In this document: piece by piece, positions 52,502-60,674 of the stretch | Numbering within the stretch: the first letter of the stretch is position 1 | Layout: the number at the start of each line of letters is the position of its first letter | Source: a virus | Direction: 5' to 3' (one strand) | Length of the DNA: 64,000 nt | IMG/VR virus record: IMGVR_UViG_3300025832_000001 | Translations under genes and position numbers: made by a program | Notes under the pieces: model-generated | What the model saw: the letters and a program-made list of their open reading frames with translations, nothing else | Told to the model about the DNA's origin: nothing | Database searches by the model: none

Positions 52502-52667
52502 ATACTTTTATTCCATATTTATTTTGTATCTCTACAAGCTCTTTGTAGATTATTTTATTTCTATTTTCAAAACTCCACTTCCACCATGTATCGATTTTTC
52601 TTTCAGCATACTTTTGTCTAGCTATTCTTTTAGCTTCGAAAGGATTAACCTTACTGTCTCGTCGCAT
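52491..52667 (-). CDS. Unlisted small ORF (58 aa)
   Basis: Hand translation: MRRDSKVNPFEAKRIARQKYAERKIDTWWKWSFENRNKIIYKELVEIQNKYGIKVYGK. Overlaps the next ORF's start by 11 nt and the upstream gene's end by 46 nt. With the 48-aa ORF it fills a gap that otherwise has no listed ORF. Confidence 0.3.
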   Translation of the reverse strand: MRRDSKVNPFEAKRIARQKYAERKIDTWWKWSFENRNKIIYKELVEIQNKYGIKVYGK

Positions 52668-53077
52668 TCTTTATGATTTTGTGGTTTATATAATGTAAGT
52701 GGTCCTAATCTTCTTTCGGTTATAAGCTTTTTAAATAACTTCCATCTTAATGGAAATGATTCGTTAGCTCTACCTTTAGTTTCGATTATAAAACCCTTAC
52801 CTACAAAGTCAGGTGTATATTTTATATTCAGTATCTTTTTATTACCTCTGTTTTTGTATTCTCCTTTACCATTACTACATCTTTCATATGCCTCAAAAGG
52901 AAAATCAAATGCTTCTGACAATTCAAAAGTCTGACCTTCGTATAAAGCTGTTATCTTAGCTTTACGTAATGCCATATACATATAACGTTCTAAACCAGAC
53001 GCGAAGTTGATCCCATCATATGAGATCTTCTTCGACTGAACTGGTCCCTTTTTTCTTTTATAAGATTTCTTCTTCAT
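52622..53077 (-). CDS. T7 endonuclease I-like Holliday junction resolvase
   Basis: 151 aa. FASGLERYMYMALRKAKITALYE and KYTPDFVGKGFIIETKG parallel T7 gp3 FRSGLEDKVSKQLESKGIKFEYE and TYTPDFLLPNGIFVETKG (T7 sequence recalled from memory). Confidence 0.7.
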   Translation of the reverse strand: MKKKSYKRKKGPVQSKKISYDGINFASGLERYMYMALRKAKITALYEGQTFELSEAFDFPFEAYERCSNGKGEYKNRGNKKILNIKYTPDFVGKGFIIETKGRANESFPLRWKLFKKLITERRLGPLTLYKPQNHKECDETVRLILSKLKE

Positions 53078-53369
53078 TTACTTCTATATGATAATGCTCT
53101 CCATCGTTACCGTTTTGACCTATAATATTTATACGGTTCAACATAGCTTCTTCTATCTCATCTCTCAAACAATGTTTAGCTGATTCAAGATACAGTATTG
53201 CATCCATTAGTTCTTCTTGTACATCAATAATAAATCTATTGAGATCCTTCTTTTGACCTTCTATTTCTTGCATCATTGTAGCTCCATATTTCTTTTGACC
53301 TATTAAGCTACGTTCGTCCATCTTCCTTAGTACGTTTTGTACTATCTTGTCTTTAGTTTTAATCTGCAT
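53058..53369 (-). CDS. Small all-alpha NTP pyrophosphohydrolase-like protein
   Basis: 103 aa. GQKKYG followed by DVQEELMDAILYL gives an E-E-x-x-D metal-binding motif of MazG/HisE/dimeric-dUTPase type. Confidence 0.4.
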   Translation of the reverse strand: MQIKTKDKIVQNVLRKMDERSLIGQKKYGATMMQEIEGQKKDLNRFIIDVQEELMDAILYLESAKHCLRDEIEEAMLNRINIIGQNGNDGEHYHIEVNEEEIL

Positions 53370-54135
53370 CTTTTACGAATGTTCCGTTAATCATTTTACC
53401 TGTTCTACCTGCTATAACTTTATAAGCTTCATCAATACAATATTCTATATCATATCCTTCTAGGTGAGCTAAATTAGTTAATACAACAACTATATCACCT
53501 ATAGCATCTATTATTTCTGGTTTATCATTTTTAAGTAATGCTTTAGCAAGCTCACCAGCTTCTTCTTGTAATTTAACATATTGTGTATGTGAATTACCTT
53601 CGTTATATAAGCCTCTTGTAGCTGCCCAGTTACGTATTAAATCAAATCTTTCACAGTCTTTATTGTTTTTTAAACAACTTTCTACATTGTCTTTTGGATT
53701 AAAGAAAGCTTCATAAAAAGCTTTGTTGTAGATATAACATCTATCTTTATTGTACATTGATGTCTTAACATTTGCCATTATCCATCTTGTATTCTCTTTT
53801 GTTATTTTAAACTGGCCGAATTCTGTATTCCAAGTTAAACCTAGATTATCCATTAGTCTTCCTTTTAATTTACTAGTCGGACAGGGAAATGTTGAGGTTT
53901 GTTCTGTTGCGTTTATTTTCATTTTATTAAATAAGTTTTTATATAATTTTCTATCGACCTTATAGCCGTAAGACTTTTGAAGTTCTATTTCACGGTCTGA
54001 TATATAATCTATATCTTCTGACTGTTCAAGAACTTCATACTCATTCTCCTTATAGCCTTGTATAAGGGAAACTCTACTACTAAGATCACGTGTAACACCG
54101 ATCTTTTTACCTGGTATGTGGTATAAATAATACAT
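53359..54135 (-). CDS. MazG-type nucleotide pyrophosphohydrolase with an N-terminal extension (weak GIY-YIG-like start)
   Basis: 258 aa. The C-terminal ~95 aa read KLQEEAGELAKAL....IIDAIGDIVVVLTNLAHLEGYD...AYKVIAGRTGKMINGTFVK, a classic MazG core (EExxE, DxxGD). The N-terminus YYLYHIPGKKIGVTRDLSSR recalls GIY-(x)n-YIG-x-T-x-x-L-x-x-R. Confidence 0.65.
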   Translation of the reverse strand: MYYLYHIPGKKIGVTRDLSSRVSLIQGYKENEYEVLEQSEDIDYISDREIELQKSYGYKVDRKLYKNLFNKMKINATEQTSTFPCPTSKLKGRLMDNLGLTWNTEFGQFKITKENTRWIMANVKTSMYNKDRCYIYNKAFYEAFFNPKDNVESCLKNNKDCERFDLIRNWAATRGLYNEGNSHTQYVKLQEEAGELAKALLKNDKPEIIDAIGDIVVVLTNLAHLEGYDIEYCIDEAYKVIAGRTGKMINGTFVKDAD

Positions 54136-54143
54136 AATTTATC

Positions 54144-54785
54144 TTAAAGTTTATTATTATATAAATGCATATTATGTGCGTGATGATAATACCATCCGAC
54201 GTCTATAGACAGTCTGTCTGCAATCATTTTTTGTAACGATGAAAATTGATACTGATCATTACAGAAACCGTACCAGATGTCATTAGAACGCATATAAACA
54301 GACATACATAATTTATTATTAATTATTGTAAATTGTATTGCATATGTGCATGGGGTATCTTTACTGTATTTATTATACTCTTTGCAGTCGTATATACTTA
54401 TAGCGGCGTGTCTAGTATCAGGATTATCTTTTAACTTAGCTATAACATAATCAATTTGATTATTACGCTGCCATTGATAACCATAATTACTATTTACATT
54501 ACCATTACTATCAGCCATACGTTCCCATATAGGTGGTATCTTACCATATAATTGACCTAACTTAATTATATTAGGATCACCGGATAAATACCATTGCCAT
54601 TCAGCTTCAGCATACTCAAGACTCCACTTACGTTCTCTGTTTTTAATATGATTATCAAGTGGATCTTCTATAGTAAAACCAACGTTAAATAAAGCTTTAG
54701 TATCACCAAAGTCTATACCTTCAACTCGTAATTCATGTAGTATACAGTTGAATGCTTCGTTTGCATGTAAAAATTTAGTTCGCAT
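54144..54785 (-). CDS. Thymidylate-synthase-superfamily pyrimidine C5 transferase, dCMP hydroxymethylase-like
   Basis: 213 aa from MRTKF (the track start at 54842 would overlap the upstream gene by 68 nt). Catalytic Cys in DTPCTYAIQF (codon 54348-50). Has YMRSND and GFCND (Asp codon 54255-57) where ThyA has QRSxD and GLPFN. The EWQWY, NSNYGYQW and NPDTR blocks resemble T4 gp42 as I recall it. The protein ends 4 residues after HLYNN. Confidence 0.65.
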   Translation of the reverse strand: MRTKFLHANEAFNCILHELRVEGIDFGDTKALFNVGFTIEDPLDNHIKNRERKWSLEYAEAEWQWYLSGDPNIIKLGQLYGKIPPIWERMADSNGNVNSNYGYQWQRNNQIDYVIAKLKDNPDTRHAAISIYDCKEYNKYSKDTPCTYAIQFTIINNKLCMSVYMRSNDIWYGFCNDQYQFSSLQKMIADRLSIDVGWYYHHAHNMHLYNNKL

Positions 54786-55026
54786 ATTTTTTATAATAAT
54801 ATTTATAGTATTCAAATATTTTCTCCCATAATTCTTTTTCATTAAAAAATTTAGGGGATCTGTTTACTTTTCCATTTATCTCTATATCTATATACCATGA
54901 TACAAAGTTTTCTTTACAATAAGGTGATATATATATTCCATTATTTATACACCACCTGTATGCCTCGAAATCTTTTTTATCATAAGAGTATATTTCTTTT
55001 TGTTTCTTTTTTCTCATTATTCCCAA
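54775..55026 (-). CDS. Hypothetical protein
   Basis: 83 aa ORF overlapping the primase-helicase 3' end by 10 nt. Confidence 0.4.
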   Translation of the reverse strand: MGIMRKKKQKEIYSYDKKDFEAYRWCINNGIYISPYCKENFVSWYIDIEINGKVNRSPKFFNEKELWEKIFEYYKYYYKKYAN

Positions 55027-56735
55027 GGCATAGGATCATTATCACTTATTGTTTCGTGCGGTATAAAACAACCTGATTTTGGCTCCCATTTAAAATGTGC
55101 TTCAGCTCCGTTTTCACCAAGATTTTGAAATTTAACTTTTAGCACCTTGGCTTTAACAGTTTTTTGTTCATAATTTCTATGAACCAATATACCATGATAA
55201 CTAGCATCATACCATTCGCCACCACCCTTTATATTATACATGGTTGGTTCTTCCATTTTACCATCTTTATCTTTGTACATTTTAGTTGGGTGTGCAACAA
55301 CAAACACTAATACATCATACTTCTTAGCAAAAACTTCAATTTTAGTTAGATATTCCATTGTGTAGCGATTAACGTCTTCTGTTTTAGAATCAACATCTCT
55401 AACTTTATTAAAAGGGTCAATGACTAAACATTTAATACCTTTACGTTTCACTAACTCTGCACCTTTACGTAATACAGATTCTAATGTATAACGCTCCATA
55501 TCAATATGAAAATAATTACTATTACAATGGTCTGCTATTTGATTCCATCTATCACCACCAATATCATCTCTAGTAGGCATTCCTTCCCACGTTTTACGCA
55601 TTAACTTGTGAGCATGTAAATACGTTGGCGCATTCTCTGGCGAAGCAAAAGCCGTCTTCCAACCGTAGTTACGATTATACCCGACAACCATTTGGTCAAC
55701 GAAGTCTGATTTACCTGAACTAGGGATACCAGTGACAGTAATAAATTGACCGGTGTAAGTAGAAAATATGTCATCAAAATTCTCAAGGCCAACTTGATAT
55801 CCTTTCTTAAAGCCATTACGAACAAAGTCAGTAACTTCATCTTCAATATCTCTGAATGTCGTAACATTTTCAAGTGGTACGGGTCTCGCTCCGGTAATAC
55901 GCTGAACCAGCTTTTGTTTTCCATATTTTAATAAGTATTCATTCGCATCTTTACAGTCATCAAAAGACGCTAAGTAACAAACTTCAGCTCCAAGTCTACG
56001 GACTAATTCTGATTGTAATGCTTGCCCTGCTTCGTCTGAATCAACTGCTAGTATTATTTTTTCTTTGTCTTCAAAATAGTCTATACAATTATCAAGATAA
56101 TCTAGATTATTAGAATTTAATGTAGCACCGTTAGGTACAGATATACTATTAGGTATACCAGCCTCGTGTAATGCTAACACATCCATCTCTCCTTCTGTTA
56201 TAATACAGTATTCATAACCTACAATACTATTAATATTATAAAATACTTTTTCAGCTCCTTTGTATAATTTAAAATTCTTACGACCATCTCTGTATTTAAC
56301 ATTTATAAGTTGATCGCCCATAAAGTAATTAAACTTTATAGTATTCTCGGTCCTACCGGTTTGCGGCATATACTCAGCACCCTCATCGACATTTAAGTCG
56401 ACAAGAGTTTGAGCTGATATACCTCTTGTTTCAAACCATTTAATTACTTTATCACTTAAAAACTCTGGTTTTTCAGGATCAGCTTTAACAACTGGTCTTA
56501 CATATTCTTTTTCACTAGCACCTTTACGTTGATAAGTGTGTAACTGAAATGAGGTGTTACAATTGTGACAAGTACCGAGACCCCGTTCCCAATCATAAGA
56601 CGCACATTTCGCTTTTTGATTCTTGGGTTTTCTATCGTGAGAACAAAGAGGGCATATACCCTGCTTTTTTCCCTCTTCAAGCTTATGTTGATTGAATTCA
56701 TCAATCAAAAATCCATTGATCTCTGTTGTCTGCAT
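55017..56735 (-). CDS. Bifunctional primase-helicase (T7 gp4-like)
   Basis: 572 aa. Zn finger CPLCSH...CHNC. TOPRIM blocks IITEGEMDVLALHEAG and AVDSDEAGQ. DnaB-type Walker A VTGIPSSGKSDF and Walker B KCLVIDPF. Confidence 0.85.
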   Translation of the reverse strand: MQTTEINGFLIDEFNQHKLEEGKKQGICPLCSHDRKPKNQKAKCASYDWERGLGTCHNCNTSFQLHTYQRKGASEKEYVRPVVKADPEKPEFLSDKVIKWFETRGISAQTLVDLNVDEGAEYMPQTGRTENTIKFNYFMGDQLINVKYRDGRKNFKLYKGAEKVFYNINSIVGYEYCIITEGEMDVLALHEAGIPNSISVPNGATLNSNNLDYLDNCIDYFEDKEKIILAVDSDEAGQALQSELVRRLGAEVCYLASFDDCKDANEYLLKYGKQKLVQRITGARPVPLENVTTFRDIEDEVTDFVRNGFKKGYQVGLENFDDIFSTYTGQFITVTGIPSSGKSDFVDQMVVGYNRNYGWKTAFASPENAPTYLHAHKLMRKTWEGMPTRDDIGGDRWNQIADHCNSNYFHIDMERYTLESVLRKGAELVKRKGIKCLVIDPFNKVRDVDSKTEDVNRYTMEYLTKIEVFAKKYDVLVFVVAHPTKMYKDKDGKMEEPTMYNIKGGGEWYDASYHGILVHRNYEQKTVKAKVLKVKFQNLGENGAEAHFKWEPKSGCFIPHETISDNDPMPWE

Positions 56736-56745
56736 TTAATTTAAT

Positions 56746-57054
56746 TTAAAATGGTAAATCATCTGCCGGTTGAGCTACCGGTTGAGCTTGTTGTGGTTGA
56801 TCTGTTCTAGGAGCAGCGGCTACGTTATCACCGTTGGTCCAAACGACTTTAACATTACCTAAGTAAGTTTTAGCTACTTTAGCTTCACGTTCTTCTTTCG
56901 ATTGTTCGACAACAACAGGACCTTGATTACCGAATTGATCTACTTCGTCGTTTAAGGTTATTGTTATTGGTAAGTATTTACCTTTTTTACCTACATATAT
57001 TTTATCTTTAGGTATTTCATTAAGGTTAATACTAGCTTTTATTATACTAGCCAT
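56746..57054 (-). CDS. ssb: Single-stranded DNA-binding protein (short form)
   Basis: 102 aa. A beta-rich core is followed by a P/Q-rich linker and the C-terminal tail ADDLPF, the canonical SSB acidic tip (compare DDDIPF). Lies between the recombination and replication genes. Confidence 0.6.
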   Translation of the reverse strand: MASIIKASINLNEIPKDKIYVGKKGKYLPITITLNDEVDQFGNQGPVVVEQSKEEREAKVAKTYLGNVKVVWTNGDNVAAAPRTDQPQQAQPVAQPADDLPF

Positions 57055-57055
57055 A

Positions 57056-57232
57056 TTAATATTGATTTACTTGGTTAAACATTCTTGTTATTTGCTCTTT
57101 TGTAGCACCTGAATTTCTTCGTAAGTTATCTACTGCTTTAGTATGGTTTTGATTAGTATAAAAATTATCTATACTTGTGTTAATTCCTGATACTGTACAT
57201 ACTCTTGTTTGGGTTTTTCTGGTTCTTGCCAT
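57056..57232 (-). CDS. Unlisted small ORF (58 aa)
   Basis: Hand translation: MARTRKTQTRVCTVSGINTSIDNFYTNQNHTKAVDNLRRNSGATKEQITRMFNQVNQY. It fills the gap between the exonuclease and SSB. Its stop lies 1 nt before the ssb ATG. Confidence 0.35.
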   Translation of the reverse strand: MARTRKTQTRVCTVSGINTSIDNFYTNQNHTKAVDNLRRNSGATKEQITRMFNQVNQY

Positions 57233-57234
57233 AA

Positions 57235-57966
57235 TTAAAGGGTTTTGTTAATAAAATATTGAGTTGGGTCAAAGCCTTCAGACTTATAAAATAATTCATA
57301 AGCCTGTACTGCTCTTTCGACTTTGTCCTTACCTCGTTCATAAAATTGTGGTGAGCAGTCAAAAATACCTATTTGACCTGTGTTTTTATCTATAACGATA
57401 AACACCATTTCGTAGCCAAATAGTTTACTATAAATATAAGCTTGAGAGTCGTAATTGTACTTAGAGGCTGAATATTTAAATTTATTAAGATCTGCTGTTG
57501 TCTTTAAATCAACAACTAGTTTTTCTGAATGGTTTATAATATCTGCTTTTCCTTTCCACTTGTGACCTTCAAGCTCTGTAATTCCAGGCACTTCGTATTC
57601 GCATTGTCCTTCTCTTATTAAATCATAACATATCTTGTTAGCTAACATCTTATCTGTTAGTTTTTCTATGTTATCAACTTCATGTTGTAAAAGACACAAC
57701 TCTCCGCCTGACATCTCTTTATACACTTTAGTATTTCTAGTTGTAGCTTCTATAATCTTAAACTTTTTAAGTTTGTCAGGTTCTAGAATAGCAGTGTGAA
57801 AATATCCACCTACTAAAAACGCTGGTCTAGCTTCAGAAGCTTTACCTAGTGCTAAAGGGTTTGTAAGTAAAGTACTGATATCAGAATTACTAAGATACTT
57901 TTTACCAAAGTCACCGTAGTAATGTTCATCATCACGTAGCTTTTCAATTACTTTTTCTTTATTCAT
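57235..57966 (-). CDS. PD-(D/E)XK family exonuclease (recombination partner of Erf)
   Basis: 243 aa. GGYFHTAILEP is followed by GKADIINHSEKLVVDLKTT, giving D...D-L-K as the PD-(D/E)XK core. Confidence 0.6.
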   Translation of the reverse strand: MNKEKVIEKLRDDEHYYGDFGKKYLSNSDISTLLTNPLALGKASEARPAFLVGGYFHTAILEPDKLKKFKIIEATTRNTKVYKEMSGGELCLLQHEVDNIEKLTDKMLANKICYDLIREGQCEYEVPGITELEGHKWKGKADIINHSEKLVVDLKTTADLNKFKYSASKYNYDSQAYIYSKLFGYEMVFIVIDKNTGQIGIFDCSPQFYERGKDKVERAVQAYELFYKSEGFDPTQYFINKTL

Positions 57967-57967
57967 A

Positions 57968-58516
57968 TTATAGTGTGTTTAGTGCTCCTTCAACTTCTTG
58001 GGAAAGCGCATACTTAGCTTTTATAGCCTCTATTTTACCACCCGCCGTTATATATTGAACCGCTTTTTCATAAGCTGGATCTTTTTTAGAGGTTAAAGTT
58101 GGTTTCTGTGGCTTAAACTTCTTTTTACCATGATCATTAGTTGCATCACTATCAGCGGTATCATCAATTAGAAATAAATTCCCGAGAGCATATTTTTTTG
58201 CATACGAAGATGCTGATCCGAATTGTTGAGGTACGTTCATACCTTTTTGATTCAAGTCTACACCTACAATAGCGGTAGCACTTATAGAGTTTTCTCCATC
58301 ACTAACGTTTGCAGTAGACTGCATCATGGGTAATGGATCAACGCTTATAATCTCTTCATTGATTGTTACTGATACTCCTAACTCTAAGAGAAAGGGTTTA
58401 GTTGCTTCTAGGATGTCTTCGGCTGATCTGAAGTTATATTTGCCGAATGAATTAAATCTACTTTTTTTCGATTTAAATTTAGTCTGGATTGTAGCCAGCT
58501 TTTCGTTTATAGTCAT
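57968..58516 (-). CDS. erf: Erf-family single-strand annealing protein
   Basis: 182 aa. NSFGKYNFRSAEDILEATKPFL, DGENSISATA, QKGMN, GSASSYAKKYALGNLFLIDDTADSD closely parallel P22 Erf as recalled (NSFGKYKYRSCEDILE..., SSYARKY..NGLF.IDD..DAD). Confidence 0.75.
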   Translation of the reverse strand: MTINEKLATIQTKFKSKKSRFNSFGKYNFRSAEDILEATKPFLLELGVSVTINEEIISVDPLPMMQSTANVSDGENSISATAIVGVDLNQKGMNVPQQFGSASSYAKKYALGNLFLIDDTADSDATNDHGKKKFKPQKPTLTSKKDPAYEKAVQYITAGGKIEAIKAKYALSQEVEGALNTL

Positions 58517-58579
58517 TGGTTTATTTGGTTTTTCTTATTAATATAATTACACATAATTTTTATGTTTTACATACGTAAA

Positions 58580-59335
58580 CTAAAGATAGTCAATCACTTG
58601 TGAGTGATCTACACTGTCAATTAATTTTTGTACTGCTTGTTTTTTTATTTCAGAAACTCTCACATAATCACTTACTCCTTTTATATTTAACAATACTGCT
58701 ATTTGCTTAGCCGAGTGTTTATCACAATCAAGCCCGTAAGATAATCTAAGAACTTCGTATTCTTGTTCGTTTAAATGTTTTTTAAGTAATCCTTGTAAAT
58801 ATATATTTAGTAAATTTATATTGTAAGGTTCTGAGTTGTCTGGTAACTGTTGCACCATTGACTCACCTTCTTCATTTAGTGGTTGAGCGTCTATAGATAA
58901 AAATTTAGACATAAAAAACATCTCAACCATTTTTTTGTTTTGAGGATTATTTCTTATTTCATTCATCTTGTGCTCAGGTATTCTCATATTACCGCTGTGC
59001 ATATCTATTCTGCGTCTAATAGATCCTTTTATTCTTTTGCTAAAAAAGCTTTTTAAGGTTTTTTCTTGATCTTCAGATTTAGATAACATTTCCCAATCTA
59101 GTTTATCTACAGCTCTAGTTAATGCTTCATTGCCTATTTGCAGTAAATCTAATATAGATAATACTCCTGAAGCTTGTTGAGTTGTTGAGAATTTTCTGGC
59201 TAAGTTTTCTACTAATGGCATAAACTTAACTATAAGTTCATCTCTAGTGTACTCGTCCCAAAACAATCCTTCAGGCATAGAAGCTTTTATATCTTCTTTA
59301 TACCTAATATAGTTTTGTACATTATATTTCTTCAT
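58580..59335 (-). CDS. Sigma-70 family RNA polymerase sigma factor
   Basis: 251 aa. Region-2-like LDLLQIGNEALTRAVDKLDW. Region-4 HTH LNEQEYEVLRLSYGL...SAKQIAVLLNIKGVSDYVRVSEIKKQAVQKL. Confidence 0.65.
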   Translation of the reverse strand: MKKYNVQNYIRYKEDIKASMPEGLFWDEYTRDELIVKFMPLVENLARKFSTTQQASGVLSILDLLQIGNEALTRAVDKLDWEMLSKSEDQEKTLKSFFSKRIKGSIRRRIDMHSGNMRIPEHKMNEIRNNPQNKKMVEMFFMSKFLSIDAQPLNEEGESMVQQLPDNSEPYNINLLNIYLQGLLKKHLNEQEYEVLRLSYGLDCDKHSAKQIAVLLNIKGVSDYVRVSEIKKQAVQKLIDSVDHSQVIDYL

Positions 59336-59960
59336 TTAGTATTTTTATTTCTTGTTTTAACTCGTCATTTATATGACGGTATATTGTTCTTTTAGACACA
59401 TCTAGCAACCCAGCTATTCTACCTACACATATGTGTTTACCTAATTCATTTAAATCAAGCATGCATTGATATATAGCTTCGGGGTCAATTCTAGAAGATC
59501 TACCTATTAATTTACCTACTATACTTAATTTTTCACTTGTAGTTAACATGCAAAAGTCTTTAAATATTACTTTACGTAATTTATTAATAGGAGGCTCACC
59601 ACCTATAGTAAACACGTCATCAATCATCTCATTTAATTTTCTATTACTAATAAAGAATGTAACAAATCCGTTTTCTTTATTTGCTATAAATTTAAATATA
59701 GAACGCATATCATCTTCAAGTGACACAATGTCACCTTCAATACCGTCTTGATTTAAATAATATAACACAAGAAAGTGCCATTTTAATGATTTGTATGTAG
59801 TTATTTTAGCTTTAGTATTAAATAAGCTATAATGCTCATACGTGCCTTTTTTAAAGAACATATATTTACTAGTTTCAATATCAGGCATGTCATTTATAGG
59901 AAATTGCCTATAAACAATACGTCTATCATTTAACCATTTTATATTTCTTTCTTTTGACAT
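59322..59960 (-). CDS. Hypothetical protein with a C-terminal helix-turn-helix
   Basis: 212 aa. GRIAGLLDVSKRTIYRHI is a typical HTH (Hin/resolvase-like). Overlaps the sigma gene start by 14 nt. Confidence 0.4.
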   Translation of the reverse strand: MSKERNIKWLNDRRIVYRQFPINDMPDIETSKYMFFKKGTYEHYSLFNTKAKITTYKSLKWHFLVLYYLNQDGIEGDIVSLEDDMRSIFKFIANKENGFVTFFISNRKLNEMIDDVFTIGGEPPINKLRKVIFKDFCMLTTSEKLSIVGKLIGRSSRIDPEAIYQCMLDLNELGKHICVGRIAGLLDVSKRTIYRHINDELKQEIKILNEEI

Positions 59961-59994
59961 TAGCCTATTACTTTTTAATACTTAAAGGCTGTTG

Positions 59995-60189
59995 TCACAG
60001 TCCTAAGTATTTTAATCTTCTGTTATATTTTAAAAAAAGTTTACTTTTTATTTTTGCTAGTTTTATATCACCATTTAATAAATGGGTTACTATATTACCA
60101 TGTGTACTAGCTATTGCTAGTTCTAGATACTTTTTGTGCGCCTTTTTTCTTCGGCTTTCTGTAAGATTTAATTTTATCGTTAATTCCAT
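59995..60189 (-). CDS. Hypothetical basic protein
   Basis: 64 aa. Co-oriented with the arm, and preferred over the antisense + ORF 59954-60208. Confidence 0.3.
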   Translation of the reverse strand: MELTIKLNLTESRRKKAHKKYLELAIASTHGNIVTHLLNGDIKLAKIKSKLFLKYNRRLKYLGL

Positions 60190-60200
60190 TATAATTGGTT

Positions 60201-60674
60201 TTAATTAAGTGGTCTGCTAATTTTTTGCTCATTTTTTCCTTTTATTGATTGTTTTTCTTGTTCATAATAATTCCAGTAAGCTGATATACTATCGCCTTCT
60301 ACCTTGTATTCATCAGGCATACATTGTGGAGGTTCGTTAAAACTGCCATTTGGTATACCTGGAGGATAACAACCTAGAGGTTTTTCACATTTAGTTATAG
60401 TTAAATGTGTTTTACCGTATCTAGCTGTGTATTCTATACCTAAAGCTATCATATGATTATATAGCCATCTATAGTTATTTTTGTTTTGTCTGCACCATAT
60501 AGTTGACGGATGATTGTAATGTGCTTTTTTGTATGGCACATTATCTCCATTATCGTAATGATGATGCGCGGTACAAAGCATCTGGGCTGATTCTAAGATC
60601 ATTTTAACCACATGCTTATTGTATTGTACCTCTGCAGCTTTATAAGGGCATTTATCTAAATAAAATATATTCAT
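60201..60674 (-). CDS. Conserved-looking hypothetical protein, Cys/His-rich
   Basis: 157 aa. Has MNIFYLDKCPYKAAEVQYNKHVVKMILESAQMLCTAHH...HPSTIWCRQ...YTARYGKTH. I recognise the D..H..KM.LE.AQ.L pattern as a recurrent phage family but cannot name its function. Confidence 0.45.
   Translation of the reverse strand: MNIFYLDKCPYKAAEVQYNKHVVKMILESAQMLCTAHHHYDNGDNVPYKKAHYNHPSTIWCRQNKNNYRWLYNHMIALGIEYTARYGKTHLTITKCEKPLGCYPPGIPNGSFNEPPQCMPDEYKVEGDSISAYWNYYEQEKQSIKGKNEQKISRPLN

Noticed and set aside
54786-54842. The longer N-terminal extension of the hydroxymethylase-like gene (start at 54842), and likewise 50592-50693 for the small membrane protein, 60782-60877 for the ORF after the ligase, and 57180-57362
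   Set aside because: These upstream starts create 68-104-nt overlaps with the preceding genes. Internal Met codons give the short overlaps or abutments typical of this genome.
55601-56704. Nested ORFs in the primase-helicase gene (55601-55924, 55746-55931, 56498-56704), and + strand ORFs opposite early genes (52019-52210, 53750-53965, 58326-58541, 59548-59751)
   Set aside because: They lie inside or opposite genes with strong motif support and have no features of their own.
59954-60208. 84-aa + strand ORF opposite 59995-60189
   Set aside because: It would be the only + strand gene in the early arm. Its translation is F/L/I-rich, typical of the antisense of K/E-rich coding sequence. The co-oriented - strand ORF is preferred, though with low confidence.
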